Sequence record: NC_061447.1
Reading direction: 5' to 3' (one strand)
DNA length: 64,000 bases
A model generated the notes under the pieces. The model saw only the letters and a list, made by a program, of their open reading frames with translations. It ran no database searches and had not been told where the DNA came from. Below, piece after piece: positions 35,991 through 45,278 of this stretch. Both the position numbers and the translations under genes were made by a program. Within the stretch, counting starts at the first letter, position 1, and each line of letters begins with the position of its first letter.

Positions 35991-36341
35991 ATGGAGCAGG
36001 ATAAACAGGCAGTCAAACAAATGGCCGACTACATATCGAAGCGTGTTAATGAGAACGCTGTAGAAGGCCTCGATATCAGCGATGAAGCGATTAAAAGCCA
36101 CGTCCGTGATATCGTTCAGGGCGTGGCGAAATCGCTTGCTGCACACAATTGCGGTATGCGTGTTGTCTGCGATGAATCAAACAATCCGCAGTACAATCTC
36201 GAAAACAACATCTTGACTATGCGCCTGGAGATTAACAGGCCAAGCAGGATCCAAGTAATTCTCGAAACGGGGAACGACAATGCTAAAACGTCTGTTGGCT
36301 TTATTCAGCAAGAAGAAACCGCAGGTCAAAAAGACCTTTGA
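35991..36341 (+). CDS. hypothetical protein
   Basis: GAGGT SD. Confidence 0.7.
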   Translation: MEQDKQAVKQMADYISKRVNENAVEGLDISDEAIKSHVRDIVQGVAKSLAAHNCGMRVVCDESNNPQYNLENNILTMRLEINRPSRIQVILETGNDNAKTSVGFIQQEETAGQKDL

Positions 36342-36768
36342 AGAAAAGCTGGATGCGATTGCGGACGCTACACAGGAAGAACGTCTGGCTGATCAGATTC
36401 GTCGTGACGAGGAACGTCTACGTCGTGCTCTGCATCCTGGGCATCAACCTGTGCGTAAGAAAGAGCGTCATGTGGTAGTCGATGCGCCGCGCAAGCGATA
36501 TCAGCCTCAACGTTCGGCAGCTCGTCCTGAACCGTTGAATCGTGGCATGACAATCAATCAGACTACTTCTAATCGCGTTGTTTCGGATGATCTGACAATG
36601 GCTATGCTGATGCGGGAAACCTATGTTGCACCAGCACCCATTCGTTCGTATGATGATAACTGCCGCGTAGACCATACGCCAAGTCATCGTCATAGTGACC
36701 CTGATCCAAGCCCAGCATACGATGGTGGTTCGGACTCTGGGTATAGCGGAGGTAGCGGCTGTGATTAA
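36280..36768 (+). CDS. hypothetical protein with Ser/Gly/Asp low-complexity tail
   Basis: Ends SPAYDGGSDSGYSGGSGCD, a common phage accessory pattern. Confidence 0.65.
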   Translation: MLKRLLALFSKKKPQVKKTFEEKLDAIADATQEERLADQIRRDEERLRRALHPGHQPVRKKERHVVVDAPRKRYQPQRSAARPEPLNRGMTINQTTSNRVVSDDLTMAMLMRETYVAPAPIRSYDDNCRVDHTPSHRHSDPDPSPAYDGGSDSGYSGGSGCD

Positions 36769-37102
36769 ACGTCTAATGAACTGGATAGGCTTGATGCTTA
36801 TCTCAGACGCAAACAAGCGCAAGCTGCGCCAGCACGAAGCGATGATGCGCGCCTGTACTGACGTGTACGACTGGTGTGGTGCAGACCTACCACAGACGGC
36901 GGAGGCTGTTGAGTATGTTCGTACACGCGCTCTCGGTTATGAAAACCGATTGAACATTCATAACGGTAAAATCATGACGCCGTATGAGTGTCACACAGGC
37001 ATAAGCGATTGGCGTGATGCCATGCGTCGTAAGTACAGAGACATTCCTGAACTTGACTTCGATGGTAAGGACTTCAAGGTCAAATCAGTTTCTGTAAACT
37101 AA
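36761..37102 (+). CDS. hypothetical protein
   Basis: GGAGG SD before GTG 36761. Confidence 0.65.
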   Translation: MIKRLMNWIGLMLISDANKRKLRQHEAMMRACTDVYDWCGADLPQTAEAVEYVRTRALGYENRLNIHNGKIMTPYECHTGISDWRDAMRRKYRDIPELDFDGKDFKVKSVSVN

Positions 37103-37131
37103 CAGTACGATCAACATATACCGAGAAAAAT

Positions 37132-37341
37132 ATGCTTCTAGTCAACTTCGCTTTTGCATGGGTTACAATAGGTTTGCTCGTTTCTGCCGCTGCGACAATG
37201 AGCCTGTTAGGTGAAATCACATTTCGCAGACGTAACAGAACAATGCTGATGCTTGCCGTTCACATGTTTGCGGCGATCATCGCATGGCCAATCATTGTGT
37301 TTGCCAACCGTACGTATCAGAAGATACTAAATCGTTTTTAA
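37132..37341 (+). CDS. small 2-TM membrane protein
   Basis: Two hydrophobic helices. Confidence 0.65.
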   Translation: MLLVNFAFAWVTIGLLVSAAATMSLLGEITFRRRNRTMLMLAVHMFAAIIAWPIIVFANRTYQKILNRF

Positions 37342-37359
37342 CTATACCGAGAATAAACT

Positions 37360-37827
37360 ATGGAACGTAACACTGATGAAAAGGTTGTGGTGCTGGATAA
37401 AGATGTGTACCGCACCCTTGTACAATACGCAGAGTGCGGTGAACGCGACTGCGGGGAAGGCTTCTTCGGGAAATCCATGAACGAACTTCAAAAACATGCG
37501 CGACACTTCAATCCGCATCTACGTCCTCCGTTCGAGCGTATGCTTGAAAATGAACGCTTAGGCAAAGCAGAACGTCGTCGTCTGGTTAAGAAAGCGCGCC
37601 GCCTGAGTTCGCAACGCGAGCCTGTTCGTTTTCTCGTTGACCACCAGCATAGGGTAATCTATCCGATTGTCATTATTGGTGTGTCGTCTGACAATCAACT
37701 ACGCTTGAAGTATCGCGCACTGTCTGACGGTTGGGAGTCGTGTGCTATGGCAGATCTGATCTTTGAAAAGCCAGAAGAACTGCCGCAGTCGTATCGTGTG
37801 CTCAAAGAAGGAGAGAAAGCAGAATGA
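37360..37827 (+). CDS. hypothetical protein
   Basis: 155-aa ORF. Confidence 0.7.
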   Translation: MERNTDEKVVVLDKDVYRTLVQYAECGERDCGEGFFGKSMNELQKHARHFNPHLRPPFERMLENERLGKAERRRLVKKARRLSSQREPVRFLVDHQHRVIYPIVIIGVSSDNQLRLKYRALSDGWESCAMADLIFEKPEELPQSYRVLKEGEKAE

Positions 37828-38222
37828 AAGCACTTTCCATTCGACAACCCTGGGCGTGGCTGATAACTCAAGGCCACAAGAAGATTGAGAACCGTACGTG
37901 GGACACAAAGAAGCGCGGACGTTTTCTCATTCACGCCAGCTCGAAGCGGCCAAGCGACGATGACATGCAAGCAGCCTCAGAGATTTGTGCTGGCCTGAAC
38001 ATCAAGCTGCCTGAGAAGAATGAGTTTGTTCTCGGTTCTATCGTCGGTTACGCAACGTTGTGTGGTACGACAACGAAATCAGACGATCCATTCTTCTTCG
38101 GTCCTGTTGGTCTGCAACTGAAAGACTGTCGTGCCGTTGAGCCTGTCCGCTTCAAAGGCGCTCTCAGTTTCTTCAACACACCGTACTGTGTAATAGGCGG
38201 TAAGCTGGCTAAAACACAGTGA
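37824..38222 (+). CDS. ASCH domain protein
   Basis: MKALSIRQPWAWLI..GHKKIENRTW...RGRFLIHAS. Confidence 0.9.
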   Translation: MKALSIRQPWAWLITQGHKKIENRTWDTKKRGRFLIHASSKRPSDDDMQAASEICAGLNIKLPEKNEFVLGSIVGYATLCGTTTKSDDPFFFGPVGLQLKDCRAVEPVRFKGALSFFNTPYCVIGGKLAKTQ

Positions 38223-38434
38223 GGCCGATACTGGTTGTATTCCGTGGCAAGGTATTGCCCGCACAACTGGTTAATGAAGATCGTAATGACGTGTATTTCG
38301 TTCGGCACATGCAGGTACGTGGCGCAACAATCTACACTACAGGCATTGCACCAGTTGCTGCCGTTGTCTTTCTCTATGGCTACTCGCCTACTGCTGATGA
38401 CTATGAAGTTGTTAGGCAGATGCGAGGTATGTAA
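38219..38434 (+). CDS. hypothetical protein
   Basis: GTGA overlap. Confidence 0.55.
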   Translation: MRPILVVFRGKVLPAQLVNEDRNDVYFVRHMQVRGATIYTTGIAPVAAVVFLYGYSPTADDYEVVRQMRGM

Positions 38435-38479
38435 AACAAGGGTGGCCTCGTGCTACCCTTTTCGCGTTTAAGGAGCACC

Positions 38480-38905
38480 ATGTTACCGTTTGCACCTAAG
38501 ACCCGCGTAGTCAGTATGCGTAATGGCAATAAGGACTATGACGTTCGTATTGACCGTGAGACTAAGTGGGGTAATAAGTTCTACATGACCCACGAGTCTG
38601 TCGCCGAACGTGACCGAGTATGTGATGAACATGAGATAGATTTGTGGCTCAAGATATATGACGGTGAGATACGCATCGGCCATTTGCTCGAACTCTACGG
38701 CAAGCGTCTTGGTTGTTGGTGTAGCCCAAAGCGTTGTCATGGTGACGCGTTGGCTAGAGCGGCAGAATGGGCATACAATGCAAACTGTAAATGGGAGCGT
38801 ATAAAAGCCACTTACAGGAAACGTCGTCGTGCAGCAGCCAAAGCCAATCGTCAAAAAGACGGGAAGAAAGTTTCTCGCAAAAAGCCCATCACTAAAAGCC
38901 GTTAA
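38480..38905 (+). CDS. DUF4326 domain protein
   Basis: YDVRIDRETKWGNKF...LYGKRLGCWCSPKRCHGD. Confidence 0.85.
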   Translation: MLPFAPKTRVVSMRNGNKDYDVRIDRETKWGNKFYMTHESVAERDRVCDEHEIDLWLKIYDGEIRIGHLLELYGKRLGCWCSPKRCHGDALARAAEWAYNANCKWERIKATYRKRRRAAAKANRQKDGKKVSRKKPITKSR

Positions 38906-39395
38906 TTGGGAAGTGTACGTGAGTCCATTCAGCGGTACTGCTTACGGCCAGTTCGCTGTGGCGTGGGGAGATTCCTACGTTGTGATTCACACACTAGACG
39001 CAACTGATGCGATACGCGATAACTGCGATCAGTTATACATCGACAAGCTGACCAAAATCATCGACTGCCTGAATGCGTTCATGGACCTGCTGGGTACGAC
39101 CAACACTGGTCATTGCCGTGAATGGTTGAACCCTATTGAGACGGGAGCCACAGGCAGTGTTGCTTTCTGCTATTCAGTTACGCCAAAAGAGGCCACCATC
39201 TATTTCGAACTGGCCTCATGTACGGAGAAGATTCGATTCTACCCAGCACCCACGGGACGCAATAGACTGCGTACCCTAAAGACCACCCTTGAGCGTCTGC
39301 GTGTAGAATTAGCCAACCACAGGCAAGCTATGCTTGATACCATGGGCGTGGTCAACGAAACACGGGCTATGTTGAAATCTGTAAATAAAGCATAG
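38829..39395 (+). CDS. hypothetical protein
   Basis: 188-aa ORF; start uncertain. Confidence 0.6.
   Translation: MQQPKPIVKKTGRKFLAKSPSLKAVNWEVYVSPFSGTAYGQFAVAWGDSYVVIHTLDATDAIRDNCDQLYIDKLTKIIDCLNAFMDLLGTTNTGHCREWLNPIETGATGSVAFCYSVTPKEATIYFELASCTEKIRFYPAPTGRNRLRTLKTTLERLRVELANHRQAMLDTMGVVNETRAMLKSVNKA
39379..39387 (+). promoter_or_regulatory. CTGTAAATA promoter-like motif
   Basis: 38 nt upstream of 39425. Confidence 0.6.
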
Positions 39396-39424
39396 AACCA
39401 CTATACCAAGAATAAGGACCTATT

Positions 39425-39751
39425 ATGGCTATGACAGAATTGCAGTTTGCTCTTTCCATGTTTGCTCAGAAGTGTACTGAGGCCTCAGCCCTTGCTATTG
39501 AGGCACAGCAGTTTGGTCTGGAGCACAAAGATGGTAACGGCAAGTCGGTTGAGGCGCGTCTGTACGGCAGCCTGCGTGATATTGACGCGGCCCGTTATCT
39601 GCTTGAAGAAAAGACGCGTGGGTTTGAATACGTTCCTGACCTGATTCGTGCGTTGAACCGTACTGACGAATTGAAGGCTCTCATGGAAGAAGCCAAAGAT
39701 AATGGTCAAGTGTTACGTGAAGACGAAGCCGACGAAGACGAGGACGAATAA
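39425..39751 (+). CDS. hypothetical protein, possibly degenerate MazG-like fold
   Basis: FAQKCTEASALAIEAQQFG...LRDIDA resembles LAEECxE...KxxRFG...ExxD with acidic residues lost. Confidence 0.5.
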   Translation: MAMTELQFALSMFAQKCTEASALAIEAQQFGLEHKDGNGKSVEARLYGSLRDIDAARYLLEEKTRGFEYVPDLIRALNRTDELKALMEEAKDNGQVLREDEADEDEDE

Positions 39752-40266
39752 TGAGCTATTCATTTGTTGTTGACTGGAACATTCGCTTGAAGCCTGATAC
39801 ACCCAAAGAGGTTATCAGCATGTTGAAGCAGTGGCACAACAATCCACACGGGTTTGATGACTTCCTGCATCTCGGTATTGATGTTGGTGCTGCTTTGGGT
39901 TGCCGCGATAGTGAAGGCTTTGCTGGTGTTGTACCTGAACGTAACTTCATTCATGGTTCTGGCGTCGTATCGTATATCCGCACCAGTGCCAACTTCTCTC
40001 GTCGCGCTCAAGGCACAGACCGTCTCGTAGGATTTATCAACTGGCTCGAACCATACATCGATCATCGTGATGAAGTAATTGGTGTTATGCGAGGCGAAGA
40101 CGACCTGTATAATATTCACGATGATCGTGTGAACATCTGGGCAGACGAGCCAAGCACTCCGTCGCACACGTACTTCGAAATCCGTATCGTCAATAACCAT
40201 GCACAAATCAAATACGTGCGTGGCGATCTCTACAACCTCTACCCGTGGGTACAACATGCTTACTAA
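39751..40266 (+). CDS. hypothetical protein
   Basis: TAATG coupling. Confidence 0.7.
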   Translation: MSYSFVVDWNIRLKPDTPKEVISMLKQWHNNPHGFDDFLHLGIDVGAALGCRDSEGFAGVVPERNFIHGSGVVSYIRTSANFSRRAQGTDRLVGFINWLEPYIDHRDEVIGVMRGEDDLYNIHDDRVNIWADEPSTPSHTYFEIRIVNNHAQIKYVRGDLYNLYPWVQHAY

Positions 40267-40930
40267 CATTGCTCGTCTTGTCGCTACACAAGCTCACTCT
40301 GGTCAGATTCGTAAGTACACCAACGAGCCGTACATCAATCACCCGCTTCGTGTTAGCCAGTGGTTGTCTCAGTTTCACGTTGGTGAACTGATCGAAGCCG
40401 CCGCGATCTGCCATGACGTTATCGAAGACACAGGTGTCGGTCACAGTGCTCTCGAACTGACGGTCGGTACACAGGTTGCCGATCTGGTACTCGAAGTAAC
40501 CAACAACGAATACCCTGAAGGTACACCGCGTGTTGAGAAGTTCTGGGGCAACATCATCAAGCTGCTGCAAGCGAGCCATCAGGCGCAAACGCTCAAGTGC
40601 GGTGATATCTATGACAACTGCAAAGACGTTTACGACCTTGACCCTGCGTATGCTGCACGTTACATCGCAGAGAAGTTCTTCCTGGTTCGCATGTTCACTC
40701 GCGCTCAGGGTGACGTTCGTGCCGCAGTGATTCTCCTGCTGTCTGATATCTTCAACAAAATGGCAGACGAGCACCGCATCTACTGTCTGGAGTATATGCA
40801 GCGTCTGGAACGCGAATGTCCAGACAGTCTGTTAATCCACTTCCACAATGCGCTGGCCGAAGCACAGAACTACAACGGCTACACGCTGCATATCGGAGAT
40901 TCATATGGACATGAAGCTGCCTCCGTTTAA
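40256..40930 (+). CDS. HD-domain hydrolase (RelA/SpoT hydrolase, Mesh1/SAH-like)
   Basis: AHSGQIRKYTNEPYINHP, CHDVIEDT, VLEVT, LKCGDIYDN. Confidence 0.85.
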   Translation: MLTNIARLVATQAHSGQIRKYTNEPYINHPLRVSQWLSQFHVGELIEAAAICHDVIEDTGVGHSALELTVGTQVADLVLEVTNNEYPEGTPRVEKFWGNIIKLLQASHQAQTLKCGDIYDNCKDVYDLDPAYAARYIAEKFFLVRMFTRAQGDVRAAVILLLSDIFNKMADEHRIYCLEYMQRLERECPDSLLIHFHNALAEAQNYNGYTLHIGDSYGHEAASV

Positions 40931-41279
40931 AACTCGTAGCGTGTTGGTTGAAAACATGGAAGTTAAAAACAAACACGCTAATGCAGTTCTGTCCGTAAGC
41001 GAAACAAGCTGGTGGGGTTTTCGTAAACGTCATCTGCGTGTGGCAATGCGCTGCGATAAGATCACTCGTAAGGAACCTGAGTGGTCTGCGCTTGTAAAAT
41101 GGGATGATGGCTTTATCGTCACTCCCATCTGCAAGGACAGTGAAGTCTTGACAGTAGCAACCAATACACTACGCGATATGCGCAACATGAACATGACTCA
41201 TTATGATCAGTTGCTTGCGCATCGCCTTTCTATTCACATGAGGAAGAATCATGGCCGCCTTATCTCTGCATCTGTTTGA
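40905..41279 (+). CDS. hypothetical protein
   Basis: GGAG SD. Confidence 0.6.
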   Translation: MDMKLPPFKTRSVLVENMEVKNKHANAVLSVSETSWWGFRKRHLRVAMRCDKITRKEPEWSALVKWDDGFIVTPICKDSEVLTVATNTLRDMRNMNMTHYDQLLAHRLSIHMRKNHGRLISASV

Positions 41280-41634
41280 GAACGTAGCGAACGAACAGGA
41301 GTTCGCTGAACGTCGCTTCCACAAAAGCATTATGTTCATGCACGGCGTATCGTCGAATAGTCCGTACGCCAAAGACAGTCAGCCTGTGACGTTCGCTGTA
41401 TACGAAGTAGGTGACACCCGCACGTATGCTGCTACTGTTGGCCAGAAGCTGCCTGAGCACCTGCAGGACGCGATGAATCTTGAACCTGTGCGTGTCTGGC
41501 AGTTGATTCGTCGCGGCAACGATGTGTTCTTTGTTGGCGAAAGCTCCGAAGCAATCGTCGCAGACAACGTGGTGCCTGTAGAGATCCGCGTGGAAGGAGG
41601 GCAAGATGCTGAACGCTGCTGGGCCCGCGCTTGA
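41251..41634 (+). CDS. hypothetical protein
   Basis: GAGGA SD. Confidence 0.65.
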   Translation: MAALSLHLFENVANEQEFAERRFHKSIMFMHGVSSNSPYAKDSQPVTFAVYEVGDTRTYAATVGQKLPEHLQDAMNLEPVRVWQLIRRGNDVFFVGESSEAIVADNVVPVEIRVEGGQDAERCWARA

Positions 41635-42256
41635 GCTAACAGCCAAAGACGTTGAAGCGTACTGGCGTGGTCGTGCGTACATTGAAGCTGCTCGTTTGGC
41701 TCATGATGCGCACGACGACAAGACCGCCAACACCATGACGTATCAGGCGATTGAGCCTTATCTCGAACAAGGCCATGCTGCTATTGCTGATGAACGAGCG
41801 GCTCATACAGGCGATGATTTGCCTGATGCTGTGTTTGAGGAAGGGCAGACGCTTGAAGCACGTTTCGTTGTGCTGCTGGCTCTGATGCTGGACAGTGATC
41901 GGCACGAAGTTGGTGGGAAGACGATTCTTTCTATGGCGCATCTGTCTGCTGCTGCGCGTGATAAGAAGATCGTGTTAGTGCTTAATGGTCACGGTACTGC
42001 GCTGGCTAAACATCTGGCCCTTGAGTCTGGTTATGAGGTACGTGACTCAGGCCAGATTGCGGCTATTAGCGAAAAGATGGCCCGATGTTCACAGAGCACA
42101 GGCTTCTTCGAACTTGATACGCCTCGTGTGCGCAAAGAGCCTGACCCTAATCTGAAAGCAGTTCGTCAGACGCATAATCGTGTAGGCAGACACTTTGGCA
42201 ATCAGCGTTTCAGCGCGAAGCCTCAGCGTCAGAACTTTAAAGGTCGCGGTCGTTGA
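41606..42256 (+). CDS. hypothetical protein
   Basis: GGAGG SD; basic tail. Confidence 0.7.
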   Translation: MLNAAGPALELTAKDVEAYWRGRAYIEAARLAHDAHDDKTANTMTYQAIEPYLEQGHAAIADERAAHTGDDLPDAVFEEGQTLEARFVVLLALMLDSDRHEVGGKTILSMAHLSAAARDKKIVLVLNGHGTALAKHLALESGYEVRDSGQIAAISEKMARCSQSTGFFELDTPRVRKEPDPNLKAVRQTHNRVGRHFGNQRFSAKPQRQNFKGRGR

Positions 42257-42400
42257 CAAACAATCCACCATCTCTGCCGCAGCATCCAATTGATGCGGTA
42301 TCGACACGCACACAGGTTTTTCTTGATGTGCTTAATAATGAACGTACACCAGCAGGTCAGTGTATCAGCCGTGTTGTAGATGCAGAGCTTGCTCAGGGGA

Positions 42401-42754
42401 ATGGCCATGAGTATCAAAGACTGGTTGATAACGACGGAGACAGTCATCCACAAGATGATTGTTGATGCCGAAGAAGGCACAGCGGTTGGTCTAGTAGAGA
42501 CTGTCTACTACGGACCTAAGCGCACTGGAGGTCGTCGTATTCATGGTTCAAGTCTGTCCTGCATCTGCCACGATATCTATCGACGCCATCTGACGTGGAC
42601 TGATACTAACGGCATGGCAGACTTGCTGCCTAAAGATAACCGTGCAAAGTCATTGAGCCGTAGACTGCGCACTGAACTTAACAAACTCGTTGCAGAAGGT
42701 AAAGTAAATGGCGAGTCCTTTATCCGAAATCAACATCGGGAGCCCGCTGCCTGA
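42401..42754 (+). CDS. hypothetical protein
   Basis: ORF with GGGG SD; start approximate. Confidence 0.55.
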   Translation: MAMSIKDWLITTETVIHKMIVDAEEGTAVGLVETVYYGPKRTGGRRIHGSSLSCICHDIYRRHLTWTDTNGMADLLPKDNRAKSLSRRLRTELNKLVAEGKVNGESFIRNQHREPAA

Positions 42755-43433
42755 CAGTGGCGACCTGATTTACAAACAGATTCTCGATGGTAGCATTGAG
42801 ATTCTGGACAGCACCCTTGACCTGCACAGGCACAGCAGTGTGGTGCTACGCTCTACGAAAGAGCTAGGCGTTGATTTACTCAACGGTACTTGGACCTACA
42901 CTCCGAAGTACACGTATGAGAACAAACACCCTCTGGCCTATACGTTCGGTCATATGCTGGCTGATCCAAACGCTACGTACACTGACCTGGCTAAAGCAAT
43001 AACGGCGAAAGCGGAGCAGGACCTGTTCTATGCACCGTTGCGCAAGCTCCGCGCTTTCTTGATCAACCACGATCCGGTAACAGCAAAAACCGAGTTGCGT
43101 ATGCCAGAAGCGTGGATCGTTAATATCGACGATGCGCTCAATATGCGTGACTTTATGGGTGTAATTGAAGGCTATGTTCACTCAGGTCCTCGCCAGGAAA
43201 TCTCGTCAGTGGTGTTTGAGAAATATTACGCCACAGGTGAGAGCATGAGAAATTCCAAGGCGCGTCTGCTGTTTAGTGGCGGCAATCTGATCGTGGTTGA
43301 CCCTGACAGACATACAGCAGGTACAGCGAATCTGTTTGATATGACGCCTGTGTTCAAATTCATTACCCAGCCGTGGGATCACGGTCTGACGCAAGAACAT
43401 CTGCGCGCCTATCGCAAGTTAGTAAATCTGTAA
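42708..43433 (+). CDS. hypothetical protein
   Basis: AAGGT SD, 241 aa. Confidence 0.7.
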   Translation: MASPLSEINIGSPLPDSGDLIYKQILDGSIEILDSTLDLHRHSSVVLRSTKELGVDLLNGTWTYTPKYTYENKHPLAYTFGHMLADPNATYTDLAKAITAKAEQDLFYAPLRKLRAFLINHDPVTAKTELRMPEAWIVNIDDALNMRDFMGVIEGYVHSGPRQEISSVVFEKYYATGESMRNSKARLLFSGGNLIVVDPDRHTAGTANLFDMTPVFKFITQPWDHGLTQEHLRAYRKLVNL

Positions 43434-43436
43434 ATA
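43428..43436 (+). promoter_or_regulatory. CTGTAAATA promoter-like motif
   Basis: At the preceding stop codon, 63 nt upstream of 43499. Confidence 0.6.
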
Positions 43437-43498
43437 CTAACTGCTAAAGTTATCTATCTAAACTAACTCTATCTATCAAATATCAGAAGGAACAAAGT

Positions 43499-44200
43499 AT
43501 GGCTTCTAAAGAACGTGGTGGTGCTGTCGATAACTCTGCTAAGTCTGCCCGCTCCGGTGGCTCTGCTGGTAAGCGTGTGACTGCGCCTGTCTATAACGGT
43601 GTCCAGGCCTCGGCTGTAGTTGAAGCGGGTGCTGCTACCTCAGCCTGCATCGGTCTGTCTGTAGCCCAGCAGATCTATGGCCGCATTGATAGCCTAAACT
43701 CCGCTCGTTCGCAACTGGCGGACACGCTGATGGCTCTCGGCCTGTACGAGCCATCCCCAGCCAAAGCAGAAGATCTGGCAGCGAGTCAGCACCACAACGT
43801 GCTGCGCATCCTTAATGAAGATCTGAACGTGGCTCTGCGTCACACCAACCATCTGGTGTATGAAGCTGTTAACGGTGATGGTGAGCGTGATGAAATGGGC
43901 GAAGACGAAGACGTAGCCAAAGAGCCTACCGGCCTGATCATGAAAACGCAGTATGGTCGTAGCGTGTATCATGACTCACAGACTGCTATTCTTCGTCTGC
44001 TGTCTATTCAGAGCCAGGCCAATCGTCTGAACGCTTCTATGATCGGCGTAGAGGGTCCTGCTGACCGCCGTGAAGCTGAGGTGACCGATAGCGTTCACGC
44101 TTGCCTGTGCAATCTGGTTGATCACCTGGACGACACAATCTCTACCCTGCATCGCGTCAATGCAGACCTGTCAAACAATCTGCTGGGAGCCACTTTATAA
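43499..44200 (+). CDS. hypothetical coiled-coil protein
   Basis: AAGGA SD; biased, highly-expressed-looking codons. Confidence 0.75.
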   Translation: MASKERGGAVDNSAKSARSGGSAGKRVTAPVYNGVQASAVVEAGAATSACIGLSVAQQIYGRIDSLNSARSQLADTLMALGLYEPSPAKAEDLAASQHHNVLRILNEDLNVALRHTNHLVYEAVNGDGERDEMGEDEDVAKEPTGLIMKTQYGRSVYHDSQTAILRLLSIQSQANRLNASMIGVEGPADRREAEVTDSVHACLCNLVDHLDDTISTLHRVNADLSNNLLGATL

Positions 44201-45222
44201 TGATCGACTTTACCGCTGTTAAATTCGATGATGACCGTAACCCGTACATTGTTGTACGCGGCGAGAAAGGCAAGTTCAAGCGTCACTATCTGACAGACGC
44301 AGAACAGCAAGCACACAAAGAGTGGGACGCCGACCGTGTTCGTAAACTGAACTCTCAGGCGGTAGCACCTGCTCGCGGTCAGACACAATCTTTCCAACAC
44401 GCTGACACTATCGGTACTGATCGTGCCGCTGCGCGTAACTCTACTCTGCGTACTGGTTACGGTTTGGCTGATGGTCCTACTGGCGCACTCGGCCCAGGTC
44501 CTTGCCCACGCGGCTCTGCATCTAGCCCGGGTCCTGCTGGTGTAATCTCTCACATTCCACCGTCAATCGAAAGTGGCTCAGACACAGAAGTGCCAATCGG
44601 CCCGCGCGTTGCTCGCCGCTCTGTGAACCTGATGGACAGCATTGCACATCTGACTGTCGCGCTGTATGACTTCGGTGCGATTGACAATGCCTGCGTTGCT
44701 GACCTGCGTTCTCGCATCAACGAAATATTTGAAGGCCAGAACGAAGCGGACGCTGATGGTGATATTCGTGCAGACGGCGAACTGGTTCCTGCATACGATT
44801 ATGTACGCAGCATGGCATACTACATGCACAATTCGTACTTCGAATCGCGTACTCAATCGCCGCTGAAAGTTGTTGGCTGCCACGCCGCACCGATCATCAC
44901 TCTGACTCAGTTCCTCATGGGTCAGGTATTCCCTGACGGTGATATGGCCCGTCGTGCGCAAGAAGGCGTGCTGCTGAACCGTGCAGATCAAGACGTTCGT
45001 GATCTGGCTATGGACATTCTTGTTGTCTACAATAACATTCAGGCGGATATCAGTGAAGCTGGTTTGCGTCTGTTGGGTGAGGCGCCAGAAGAAATCGGCG
45101 GAATCAATGTGGGCTTTAGTGAACTGGCTAAGCTCGAAATTGTTCGCGCTATTGACGAGATGCTGGAGTATCTGGTGATTCGTGTTGATGGTCTGACTCA
45201 GATGATCAACGACCAGCTGTAA
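44200..45222 (+). CDS. hypothetical protein
   Basis: TAATG coupling, 340 aa. Confidence 0.75.
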   Translation: MIDFTAVKFDDDRNPYIVVRGEKGKFKRHYLTDAEQQAHKEWDADRVRKLNSQAVAPARGQTQSFQHADTIGTDRAAARNSTLRTGYGLADGPTGALGPGPCPRGSASSPGPAGVISHIPPSIESGSDTEVPIGPRVARRSVNLMDSIAHLTVALYDFGAIDNACVADLRSRINEIFEGQNEADADGDIRADGELVPAYDYVRSMAYYMHNSYFESRTQSPLKVVGCHAAPIITLTQFLMGQVFPDGDMARRAQEGVLLNRADQDVRDLAMDILVVYNNIQADISEAGLRLLGEAPEEIGGINVGFSELAKLEIVRAIDEMLEYLVIRVDGLTQMINDQL

Positions 45223-45238
45223 TCTGCTGTAGAAAAGC

Positions 45239-45276
45239 AAAAAGGGCGGCCCTCGTAATTGAGAGTCGCCCTTTTT
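45239..45276. terminator. bidirectional intrinsic terminator between convergent blocks
   Basis: AAAAAGGGCGGCCCTC-GTAATT-GAGAGTCGCCCTTTTT. Confidence 0.85.
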
Positions 45277-45278
45277 CG

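Noticed and set aside
44470-44545. Collagen-like GPTGALGPGP...GPAG stretch
   Set aside because: Only two or three Gly-X-Y triplets in register; more likely a Pro/Gly linker.
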